Below, one piece after another: positions 9,912 through 18,191 of a stretch of 64,000 nucleotides of DNA. Positions within the stretch are counted from its first letter, which is position 1; the number at the start of each line of letters is the position of its first letter. Origin of the DNA: an uncultured delta proteobacterium (GTDB lineage Bacteria > Desulfobacterota > Desulfobacteria > Desulfobacterales > SG8-13); the NCBI GenBank assembly GCA_963787235.1, contig CAWBCG010000009.1:8426-72425 (forward strand), read 5' to 3'. The notes beneath the pieces were generated by a model. The model was not told the origin of the DNA, did no database searches, and saw nothing but the letters and a program-made list of their open reading frames with translations. The position numbers and the translations under genes were made by a program.

Positions 9912-10170
9912 GGTTTAGCCGGTTTAGCCCGTTATCCCGTTAGCCCGTTTGCAGGTTAAGCCTGTTCGACACATGGTGGATGGCACGCTTTTGTTGATTG
10001 GAAAACAATGGAATGAGATACCGAATCGTTAAAACAGTTCTATTTAATGAAATCAAATGCTGCAGTCAACCGACACAACTGACTCAACCGGCTCAACGGG
10101 CCAAACGAGCTCAACCGGCTAAACGGACCCAACCGGCTCAACGGGCTAAACCGGCCCAACTGACTCAACC
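9912..10170. repeat. 9-mer-array palindromic intergenic element, copy 1
   Basis: Left array GGTTTAGCC GGTTTAGCC CGTTATCCC... (9912-9968). Core about 9969-10065. Right array of about 12 units TCAACCGGC TCAACGGGC CAAACGAGC... (10066-10170). Ends 4 nt before the aminopeptidase stop codon. Confidence 0.85.
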
Positions 10171-10174
10171 TATT

Positions 10175-11365
10175 TTATACAATATTGACTTCTTCGTTAA
10201 ATTTTCCCAATTGACGCAGGCCGTTGTCCGTGACGACGTGGGTGTTTTCAATGCCGACGACACCGACTCCCGGAAAGATCAGTTTTGGTTCGAGAGCCAC
10301 GATCATGTTCTGCTGAAACTCGAGCCGCTGCCCCTGGGCCAGAAAGGGGTATTCATCCAATTCGATGCCGATGCCGTGACCGATGAAACGGATGCGGCGG
10401 TCACCCACACCCATGAAGTTGTCGGCGTATCCCAGTTCGGTCGCCATGGCGACCGCCATGTCGTAAACGTCGCCGGTTCGAACCCCCGGTTTGGCTTCTT
10501 TCTTTACCATCGACTGCACGGCCAACATGGCCTGGTGCGCCTGAAGCAGTTCATCCGGCAACCCCTCGATGGCGAATATGCGCGTGTGGTCGGACAAGTA
10601 ACCCTGGTGGGCGAAGACATAGTCGAACAGGATCGGTTCGCGGCGCTGGATCGGCCGGAAACCCGGTCCCTGAGCCACGGCCGGGCTCAGCGCCGCGCCG
10701 CCGGTGGGAGAGGCCAGGTAGCTGGGCACGGCGGCCGCCGGTCCGGCCATCAGGTGTCCGTAAAACAGCTCACTGCCCCAAAGGCGCATCCGGATGATCC
10801 CCTGGTGTCCCAGCCGGCGGGCCCGGGCTTCGATCAGTCCGGCCAGCTCGATTTCAGTGATCCCTTCCCGCAGATACTCCCTTACGCTGTCGGCGACCTG
10901 GTCCGAATAACCGGCTGCAGTGGTGATCAGACCGATTTCGTGGTCGGATTTAACCGCCCGGATCAGGCGGACAACAGTCGATATGTCCGAAATCTCGGCT
11001 GCGGAAAAGATGTCGCGGTAGGCGAGGTAGAGGTTGGCGGGCAGGACATCGAGTTCGAGACCCAAACGGCGGGGGAGGGTGTGGCCATTTTGGCGCAGCA
11101 ATTCCGGCAGTTCCTGCGGCCGGGATAGGGGAACAATTTTTCGGAGCGGCGATTCGGCCATGGCCCGTTCAATGTCCTTGCGGACCATCAGCAGCGGTTC
11201 TCCGTCAACCGGCACGAAGAGATGGGCCTGCTGGATGGTGCCGGTAAAATAAAACAGGTCCGAGTTTTGAAGGATCAGCGCCGCATCGATTCCGGTCTTG
11301 TCCAGCCGCTGTTTGAGATGATCGATTCTGGTGTCGATTTCGCTGGATGGTGTGGTAAGGGTCAT
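10175..11365 (-). CDS. M24 family Xaa-Pro aminopeptidase / prolidase-like peptidase
   Basis: HGIGIELDEYPF and VALEPKLIFPGVGVVGIENT metal-site motifs, with a creatinase/prolidase-like N-domain. ATG 11365 (MTLTTPSS, GAGG upstream) is preferred over GTG 11392. Confidence 0.8.
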   Translation of the reverse strand: MTLTTPSSEIDTRIDHLKQRLDKTGIDAALILQNSDLFYFTGTIQQAHLFVPVDGEPLLMVRKDIERAMAESPLRKIVPLSRPQELPELLRQNGHTLPRRLGLELDVLPANLYLAYRDIFSAAEISDISTVVRLIRAVKSDHEIGLITTAAGYSDQVADSVREYLREGITEIELAGLIEARARRLGHQGIIRMRLWGSELFYGHLMAGPAAAVPSYLASPTGGAALSPAVAQGPGFRPIQRREPILFDYVFAHQGYLSDHTRIFAIEGLPDELLQAHQAMLAVQSMVKKEAKPGVRTGDVYDMAVAMATELGYADNFMGVGDRRIRFIGHGIGIELDEYPFLAQGQRLEFQQNMIVALEPKLIFPGVGVVGIENTHVVTDNGLRQLGKFNEEVNIV

Positions 11366-11426
11366 AACCCGCCTCGTTTTAACTTCCGGCACTTCTTTGG
11401 GAATCTCTATGAATCTTTATGAATCA

Positions 11427-12443
11427 TTATGAATCATTAGGCGTCATGCGCACGGACTCGTCGTCATCGATTTTCCAGCAGCGGACGAGGTGATCCGGAG
11501 TGACCGACCGCAACGGGAGATCCGCCTGCCGGCAGGTGTCGTCGCCCTTCGGACAAAAGTCCTGAAAAACGCAGCCTTCGGGCGGCGGTCCCGGTACAAC
11601 GCCGCCTTCTTTCAGTTGAAGGTCCGCTTTTTGGTCGCTGTCGACATCCGGTATGGCCGCCAGCAGCGTTTGCGTGTAAGGGTGCTGCGGGTGGGCATAG
11701 AGTTCTTCTGCCGGCGCATACTCCATGATGTAGCCCTTGTTCATGACGGCGACCTGATTGCAGAGGTATCCTACCACGTTCAGGTCATGCGAAATGAAGA
11801 GGTAACTCAAGCCAAGACGGTCCTGCAAGTCTTTCAACAAATTAATCACTTGGGCCTGAATGGAAACATCCAAAGCCGAAATCGGTTCGTCGCAGATGAT
11901 CAGGGCCGGATCGACGCTCAGTGCGCGGGCAATTCCGATCCGCTGTCGTTGGCCGCCGCTGAACTCATGCGGGTAGCGCCCGGCACTCTCCGGTGACATG
12001 CCGACCATCTCCAGCAGTTCTGCGAGGCGGTCTTTGCGGCGCTGTCCCCGGGGTGTCCCTACAATACGCAGCCCCTCTTCGATCGACTGCCCGACCGTCA
12101 TACGGGGATTGAGCGATCCGTAGGGATCCTGAAAGACAATCTGCATCTGCTTGCGGTACGGCTTCAACTCTCTTTCCGTCAGACGGCTGATATCGTCTTG
12201 TTGAAAGAAAATCAGGCCGTCATCGGGACGCAAAAGCCGCATGATCATACGGGCGACCGTCGATTTGCCGCAACCGCTTTCTCCCACCAGGCCTAATGTT
12301 TGGCCCTGCCGGATCTTGAAATCGACCCCGTTGACGGCTTTTATCCATCCACTGATCCGCAGAAAAAAACCGGAGCGGACCGGAAAATGCTTTTTCAGGT
12401 CACGGACCTCGAGGATGATGTTCTCTTCTGGGTTCGGGTTCAT
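11427..12443 (-). CDS. Oligopeptide/dipeptide ABC transporter ATP-binding protein (OppF/DppF-like)
   Basis: GESGCGKST, FSGGQRQRIGIARAL, ICDEPISALD, and a C-terminal oligopeptide-type extension with Cys residues. Confidence 0.9.
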   Translation of the reverse strand: MNPNPEENIILEVRDLKKHFPVRSGFFLRISGWIKAVNGVDFKIRQGQTLGLVGESGCGKSTVARMIMRLLRPDDGLIFFQQDDISRLTERELKPYRKQMQIVFQDPYGSLNPRMTVGQSIEEGLRIVGTPRGQRRKDRLAELLEMVGMSPESAGRYPHEFSGGQRQRIGIARALSVDPALIICDEPISALDVSIQAQVINLLKDLQDRLGLSYLFISHDLNVVGYLCNQVAVMNKGYIMEYAPAEELYAHPQHPYTQTLLAAIPDVDSDQKADLQLKEGGVVPGPPPEGCVFQDFCPKGDDTCRQADLPLRSVTPDHLVRCWKIDDDESVRMTPNDS

Positions 12444-12466
12444 TGGCTTGATATCGACTCATCGGG

Positions 12467-13456
12467 TCATTTACGGTCGCGTGCGAAAAGGACCGGGCAG
12501 CGAGCCTGGTGACCGCCGCCGTAATCGCACATTTGAGGATACTGCTCCCGGCAGCTTTGTACGGCGTGGGGGCAGCGCGGGTGAAAAGGACATCCCGGCG
12601 GTTTGTGGGCCGGGTCGGGGACGGCGCCGGGGATGCTGTAGAGACGCCGTCCTCTTTTGGCGCGCGTGGGCAGTGACGCCAGCAAACCCTGGGTGTAAGG
12701 GTGCTTCGCATCACCAAAGATGTGCCCGGTTTTACCCTGCTCGGCGATAATGCCCGCATACATGACGAAGACCCGATCAGCCACGGCCGATACGACCCCG
12801 AGGTCGTGGGTGATGTAAAGGACCGACATTCGGTGTTTCTGCTGCAGGGCGCCGAAGAGCTTCAAGATCTGGGCCTGAACGGTGACATCCAGCGCCGTGG
12901 TCGGCTCGTCGGCGATCACCAGTTCCGGGTCACAGGCCAGGGCCATGGCGATCATGACCCTCTGGCGTTGTCCACCGCTGAGTTCGTGCGGATAGGCATT
13001 GAGGCGCTCTTCCGCAGAGGGGATCCCCACATCGGTCAAAAGCTGGACACAGCGACGGTGCAGGGCGTCTTCGTCTATTTTCTTGTGGATCCGAATGGCC
13101 TCTCCGATCTGGTCGCCGATTTTGAAAACCGGATTGAGGGAGGTGAGCGGTTCCTGGAAAACCATGGCGATGCGATTGCCTCGAATATGCTGCAGGTCTT
13201 CTTCCCCCAGTTGCAACAGGTCCTCGCCGGCGAAAAGGATGCGCCCTCCCGCAATTTCGCCCGGCGGCTGGTTGACGAGGCCGAGAATGCTGAGGGCCGA
13301 GACGGTCTTGCCGCACCCGGATTCGCCCACCAGGCAGACGGTTTCCTCGCGTCCCACCTCGAAACTGACGCCGTCGACGGCTTTCGCCACGCTGTTTTCG
13401 GCGCCGTGAAAATGGACCTTGAGGTTCTCGACCGATAGAAGGATCTCTTTGTTCAT
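12467..13456 (-). CDS. Oligopeptide/dipeptide ABC transporter ATP-binding protein (OppD/DppD-like)
   Basis: Tracked ORF trimmed to [16 protein letters not shown] (ATG 13456). The rejected 31-codon extension (LNGLNRLNRLNG) is a read-through of the 9-mer array. [25 protein letters not shown]. Confidence 0.9.
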   Translation of the reverse strand: MNKEILLSVENLKVHFHGAENSVAKAVDGVSFEVGREETVCLVGESGCGKTVSALSILGLVNQPPGEIAGGRILFAGEDLLQLGEEDLQHIRGNRIAMVFQEPLTSLNPVFKIGDQIGEAIRIHKKIDEDALHRRCVQLLTDVGIPSAEERLNAYPHELSGGQRQRVMIAMALACDPELVIADEPTTALDVTVQAQILKLFGALQQKHRMSVLYITHDLGVVSAVADRVFVMYAGIIAEQGKTGHIFGDAKHPYTQGLLASLPTRAKRGRRLYSIPGAVPDPAHKPPGCPFHPRCPHAVQSCREQYPQMCDYGGGHQARCPVLFARDRK

Positions 13457-13458
13457 TA

Positions 13459-13688
13459 GTCCGTTGGGTCGGTTGGGTCCGTTGAGCCCGTTAAGTCGGT
13501 TGAGTCGGTTGAGCCCGTTGAGTCGGTTGGCCGCCGCATACCATTTCATTAACTTGAACGGTTTTAACGATTCGGTGTCTCATTCCATTGTTTTCCAATC
13601 AACAAAAGTGTGTCACCCACTATGTGTCGATAAGGCTGAACCGGCAAACGGGCTAACGGGCTCAACCGGCTTAACGGGCCCAACCGAC
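13459..13688. repeat. 9-mer-array palindromic intergenic element, copy 2 (core inverted relative to copy 1)
   Basis: Left array GTCCGTTGG GTCGGTTGG GTCCGTTGA GCCCGTTAA GTCGGTTGA... (13459-13532). The core is the reverse complement of the copy 1 core. Right array GGCTGAACC GGCAAACG GGCTAACG GGCTCAACC... (13634-13688). Confidence 0.85.
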
Positions 13689-13689
13689 A

Positions 13690-14859
13690 TCACCGCTCCC
13701 GTAGCCTTGGGTTCAGCGCGTCGCGCAGGCCTTCCCCGAAGAGGTTGAACGCCAGTACGACCACGAGGATGGCGATGCCCGGAATAAACGTGAGCCAAGG
13801 GGCATCGAAGATGAAGTTTTGGCCGTCCGACAGGATGTTGCCCCAGGTGGCATGCGGCGGCGGAACGCCGAAGCCGAGAAAGCTCAGACCGGCTTCGGTA
13901 AGGATGGCCGAGGCAATGCCGAGAGTGGCCGACACCAAGACGGGTGCGACGGCGTTGGGCATCATGTGGCGGAAAATAATTCTTAGATTACCGACACCCA
14001 AGGCTTGGACGGCGGCGACGAAGTCTTGTTCGCGCAGGGCGAGAAATTCGGCGCGCACGAAGCGGGTGGTTCCCATCCAGCTGGTCAGGCCGATGACGAT
14101 CATGATGTTGTAGATGCTGGCCGGCAAAAGGGCCACCACCGTGAGGATCAAAAAGAACGTCGGGAAGCAGAGCATGATGTCCACCAGTCGCATGATCAGC
14201 GTGTCGACGGTGAGGGTCTTGAGGTTAAACAGCCCCATTCCGCGCACGGATTGATGCCTCTTTTGCGTGCGTGCGAAAATAAGCCAAAGAATGACAATGC
14301 CGCCCAGAACCAGCAGTGCTGCTCCCCAGAAGGGTTTTAGAGCGAGCAGGGTGCCGCCGGCGAACAGGATGACCGCAACCAGGAGGTGATCCAGCCGAAC
14401 GGAGTTTTGACCGAAATATCCGGCAATACCCCCAAGAAAAATTCCGATAACGACGGATATGCCGACAGCCACGAAACCGACGGTCAGCGACACCCAGGCG
14501 CCCTGAAGCATTCGGGCGAACACGTCCCGCCCGAGTTCATCGGTACCGAGCAGGTAAATTCCGAAGGAGGGCATTTCATCGGGTTGCAGCGATGCCAGGT
14601 TTGGCCTGGAGAAGGGGGGACGCAGTTTCTCCTGGAGCCGGATGATTGACGGGTCGAGAAACGGTTTGGTGCCGGAGGTCAGCAGCAGACCGACAACGGC
14701 AGTCGTAAAAAACAACAGAAAAAACACCATTCCGATCACTGCCAGGCGGTTCTGCTTGAAGATCGACCAGAACTGTTGCCAGAGGCTGCGTCTGGGGGTC
14801 TGGGGACGTTCGAGTGTGTTTTCCGGTGTGGGTGGCACCGGATGTCGGTTTTGCATCAC
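13690..14859 (-). CDS. Oligopeptide ABC transporter permease (OppC/DppC-like) with a long N-terminal extension
   Basis: 389 aa polytopic protein with a binding-protein-dependent transport inner-membrane motif region (ALREQDFVAAVQALG). ATGA overlap with the upstream permease gene. Confidence 0.85.
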   Translation of the reverse strand: MMQNRHPVPPTPENTLERPQTPRRSLWQQFWSIFKQNRLAVIGMVFFLLFFTTAVVGLLLTSGTKPFLDPSIIRLQEKLRPPFSRPNLASLQPDEMPSFGIYLLGTDELGRDVFARMLQGAWVSLTVGFVAVGISVVIGIFLGGIAGYFGQNSVRLDHLLVAVILFAGGTLLALKPFWGAALLVLGGIVILWLIFARTQKRHQSVRGMGLFNLKTLTVDTLIMRLVDIMLCFPTFFLILTVVALLPASIYNIMIVIGLTSWMGTTRFVRAEFLALREQDFVAAVQALGVGNLRIIFRHMMPNAVAPVLVSATLGIASAILTEAGLSFLGFGVPPPHATWGNILSDGQNFIFDAPWLTFIPGIAILVVVLAFNLFGEGLRDALNPRLRER

Positions 14860-15815
14860 AACCGTATCCTCGGGTCGACTACCATGTACAGAAGGTCGGA
14901 TATGAAGGTACCGATCAGCACCAAGACCGCGGATATGAAGTTGACGGTTAGAATGACCGGGTAGTCTCTGGCCAGGATGGCTTCATATGCCATTCGGCCC
15001 ATACCCGGCCAGGAGAAAATCGATTCGATGATAACCGAGCCGCCGATCAGACCCGGCAGGATCAGCCCGAACATCGTTACGAACGGCAGTAGGGCGTTGC
15101 GCAGGGCGTGCCGGTAGTGGACATCCTCGGACGGCAGGCCCTTAGCCCTGGCCGTGCGGATGTAGTCCTGGCCTTCGACCTCCAGCATCTGGCTGCGGAC
15201 GTAGCGTGACAAAACAGCGATTCCGCCGGTGGCGCCGAGGATCGAGGGCAGTAACAGGTGCCAGATCCGGTCCATGACCATGTGCATCGGGGAGGTGTCG
15301 CCCATACCGAAGGTCCGCATGCCGATGACGGGCACTTGGAAATGCGTCACTACCAGGATGATGAGCAGATAGGCAAAGAAAAAACCGGGGATGGAGATCA
15401 GGAAATAGGCCACAAACGTGGATCCCTGGTCGAATAGGCTGCCGCGGCGGATGGCAGCCCGGATTCCAACCGGGAAAGACAGCGTCCAGGTCAGGATGGT
15501 GCCGACCACGAACAGCGGCAGGCTGTTGAGGAAACGATCCCAGATTTTTTTGAGGACCGACTGATTGTCTTTCCACGAAACGGTCTTGCCTGTGAAAAGA
15601 TCTTTGTAAAACAGCAGATATTGAGCATACAGCGGTTTGTCCAGGTGAAACTGCTGGCGAAACCGTTCCACCATTTCGGGGGTGAACTTGGGGTTCATCG
15701 GGTCGACTTGGCTGGGCTCCCCTGGCGCCAGATGAATAATCAAAAACGACACCACCGACACGAAAAACAAGGTGACGATTTTCTGGATGAAGCTGCGCCC
15801 GATGAACGAGATCAT
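14856..15815 (-). CDS. Oligopeptide ABC transporter permease (OppB/DppB-like)
   Basis: 319 aa. Typical N-terminus MISFIGRSFIQKIVTLFFVSVVSFLIIHLAPGEP and EAA-like loop YIRTARAKGL. Confidence 0.9.
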   Translation of the reverse strand: MISFIGRSFIQKIVTLFFVSVVSFLIIHLAPGEPSQVDPMNPKFTPEMVERFRQQFHLDKPLYAQYLLFYKDLFTGKTVSWKDNQSVLKKIWDRFLNSLPLFVVGTILTWTLSFPVGIRAAIRRGSLFDQGSTFVAYFLISIPGFFFAYLLIILVVTHFQVPVIGMRTFGMGDTSPMHMVMDRIWHLLLPSILGATGGIAVLSRYVRSQMLEVEGQDYIRTARAKGLPSEDVHYRHALRNALLPFVTMFGLILPGLIGGSVIIESIFSWPGMGRMAYEAILARDYPVILTVNFISAVLVLIGTFISDLLYMVVDPRIRL

Positions 15816-15824
15816 TTAGTTCCG

Positions 15825-17960
15825 TTATCCTTCAGCATTAAATATAGGAACTTCAGGTAATTTTATCCATTTGTTAAAGTAAAACATAAAATTACCGGTC
15901 TTGGTCGGCGTGATTTTTTCATAGACCGTTTGGCCTTCGTTGCCAACGGTCTTGATGACGATGCGTTTGTCCAGCACGGCCGTCCATTTGCCGACGTACA
16001 AAAAGGTATACGGCTGCTCCTCGGCAATGATGTCGTGCAGCCGATGGCAATCGGCCACCAGCTTTTGATGGTCGTATTCCTGTCGGATTTTGACGATTAA
16101 ATCGTCCGCCGCCTTGTTCTTGAAGGCGACAAAGTTGAGTTGGTTCGGGTGGGTCTGGCTGGAATGCCAGATCTGATAGAGGTCGGGATCGATGCCCATA
16201 GACCATCCCAGAACGATGGCATCGAAGTCGAGCTTGTTGACCCGCTCCTGGATAAACACCGACCACTCCAGCAGGTCGGTGCTGACATCGACACCGATCT
16301 GCTTCCAGGCATCCTGGGCAATCGCCAGGATGGACTTGCGGATGTCGTTTCCGCTGTTGGTGATAAGGGTGAAGGACAGACGTTTGCCGTTTTTTTCCAA
16401 CCACCCCTCGGCGTTGCGTTTCCAGCCCGCCTCCGTCAATAGTCGCAGCGCCCCTTGCGGGTCGTAGGGGACGGGCGGGATCTTTTTGTCGTAGTAATCG
16501 GTTTGCTTTGGAAAGGGTCCGGTGATGCGCTCACCCTGGCCATAGAGCACGTACTTGATGATCTTGTCGACATCGATGGCCATGCCCAGGGCCAGGCGCA
16601 CCCTGCGGTCATTGAAGGGTTCACGACGCATGTTGTAGCCGATATAGGTGTAGCCGAAGGAGAGCCCTGAAAAGCTTTGGAAAAGAGGGTCGGTACGCAG
16701 ACGCGCCACCTGATAGGGCTGGACTGAATAGCTGTCGACGGTGCCCGCGTAAAATTCCATCTCCTGCGTGAGAACGTTGGGGATGATGCGATAAGCAAAG
16801 GTCTTATAGTTGGGGGGCCCGTCCCAATATTCCTGAAAACGATCCAAAATAATGTATTGGTCCGACTGCCACTCTTTGAACTTGAAGGGACCGCAACCGA
16901 CCGGACGGCGATTGAAGCTGCTGTCGCGCACACTGAAGTTCTGCGGGTCAAGACCGCGCGCAAGGGCCTCCTTCCGCAAGGCCTCGCGGTTGAGCAGATG
17001 TTCGGGCAAAATGCCCATCTGCCAGGTACCGATGGCAGGTGAGTAGAGCCGTTTGTAAACGATTCGGACGGTAAGCGGATCGATGACCTCCACCGTTTTG
17101 ACCGGTTCGTAATCACTGGTGCGGGGTGAAAGGTTTTGGGGGTTCATGATGGCGTCGTAGGTGAAGCGCACATCGTCGGCCCCCAACGGATGGCCGTCGT
17201 GAAATCGGACACCCGCTCGGAGATGAAAAACGATAACCGGATTCTGTTCCGTGGGCGGCAGGATGTCTTTGGCATAGGTGTCCAGACGTTCGGCCGGCAA
17301 CGGTTGGTCGGGTTGCAGGTAACGGGCACTCTCAAATGCCTCGAAGTAGCCTTCGCCGAGCAGGCTCCGCAAGTGGGCGAAGAGATCCTGGTCGACCTCG
17401 CTGAGTCTCAACTTGATGCGGGCCGGTGCATCGACCGTGAATGTGATGTCCGCTGCGGGCGACGTCGTCGTTGCGTCAGCGGCTTTGCGGGTCGCGGTAA
17501 ACCGATGCGGCGGTAAAACGGTGATGTCGGTGATTCGGTCGAGCGTCGCTCTCAGGTTCGGGTCCATTGGCGCGTTCGAGGCTTTAGCGCTGCGGATCAG
17601 GTCGGCGACGGATTGCGGGTCGGTCGTATCGGTGCCGGACGGCGACACTTGCGGGTTGACATAGAAGTAAGCCTCTTCGTAGAGCTCCCAACCAGATGCC
17701 ACCCGGCCGCGATATCGCAAGTTTTGGTCACGGTCGATCAGGCCCTCGAAAACGTGGGACTCGATCTCGCTGCTGGCTGAATCGGCCGAAAGAATGGGGT
17801 TGAGCAGACTGGCATCGCCGGTTGAAGCGCTCACATAAGTGCTGAGCCGGTCGGGATTTCCGCGTGTTTCCTGTTCGTAGGTGGGGACCCAGAAGTAAGA
17901 CTGGAGTAAGATAACGATCAACACCAGCGGCGCGAATATCAGAAGCCGTTTTATTGTCAT
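15825..17960 (-). CDS. Family 5 (peptide/nickel-type) extracellular solute-binding protein, unusually long (711 aa), N-terminal membrane anchor
   Basis: N-terminal TM LLIFAPLVLIVILL. SBP_bac_5-like core (FHDGHPLGADDVRFTYD, GCGPFKFKEW, LGWSMGIDPD). First gene of the peptide ABC operon. Confidence 0.85.
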   Translation of the reverse strand: MTIKRLLIFAPLVLIVILLQSYFWVPTYEQETRGNPDRLSTYVSASTGDASLLNPILSADSASSEIESHVFEGLIDRDQNLRYRGRVASGWELYEEAYFYVNPQVSPSGTDTTDPQSVADLIRSAKASNAPMDPNLRATLDRITDITVLPPHRFTATRKAADATTTSPAADITFTVDAPARIKLRLSEVDQDLFAHLRSLLGEGYFEAFESARYLQPDQPLPAERLDTYAKDILPPTEQNPVIVFHLRAGVRFHDGHPLGADDVRFTYDAIMNPQNLSPRTSDYEPVKTVEVIDPLTVRIVYKRLYSPAIGTWQMGILPEHLLNREALRKEALARGLDPQNFSVRDSSFNRRPVGCGPFKFKEWQSDQYIILDRFQEYWDGPPNYKTFAYRIIPNVLTQEMEFYAGTVDSYSVQPYQVARLRTDPLFQSFSGLSFGYTYIGYNMRREPFNDRRVRLALGMAIDVDKIIKYVLYGQGERITGPFPKQTDYYDKKIPPVPYDPQGALRLLTEAGWKRNAEGWLEKNGKRLSFTLITNSGNDIRKSILAIAQDAWKQIGVDVSTDLLEWSVFIQERVNKLDFDAIVLGWSMGIDPDLYQIWHSSQTHPNQLNFVAFKNKAADDLIVKIRQEYDHQKLVADCHRLHDIIAEEQPYTFLYVGKWTAVLDKRIVIKTVGNEGQTVYEKITPTKTGNFMFYFNKWIKLPEVPIFNAEG

Positions 17961-18080
17961 GGACGGTCACTGAAACGTGTGCTTACCAAATGGGCGGCGT
18001 CGGTTATCGCTCCGGCTGCAGGAACGGTGTCACCGGTAAAGCCAAACAGAGGTCATCTCAGCAAGGTTACGGAAACTAAG

Positions 18081-18112
18081 AAAAAGCGCGGAGGCGCATT
18101 GTCGTGCGCCGC
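18081..18112 (-). terminator. Rho-independent terminator candidate after the Lys-rich protein gene
   Basis: On the minus strand: GC-rich interrupted stem (GCGGCGCA/TGCGCC..CGC) followed by TTTTTCTT. Confidence 0.5.
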
Positions 18113-18191
18113 ACTATCAATCCCGAAGACCTGTCAGAACTTGGTGTGATTGACGCCGTATTTGCAGAAAAGAGCCATTTTGGGACGGAAT

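Noticed and set aside
9912-10170. Considered whether the 9-mer arrays are a CRISPR array or a replication-origin iteron block.
   Set aside because: The unit is only 9 bp with no unique spacers and no cas genes, so it is not CRISPR. Four copies within 40 kb, each wedged between stop codons, do not fit a replication origin.
13457-13549. Repetitive peptide LNGLNRLNRLNGLNGPNRPNGL at the N-terminus of the tracked oppD-like ORF, and similar peptides in ORFs 13419..13748, 13613..13798 and 48952..49290.
   Set aside because: These are translations of the 9-bp DNA arrays. The real oppD-like start ([16 protein letters not shown]) lies downstream, and the arrays occur on both strands and in all frames elsewhere, so this is not a repeat protein.
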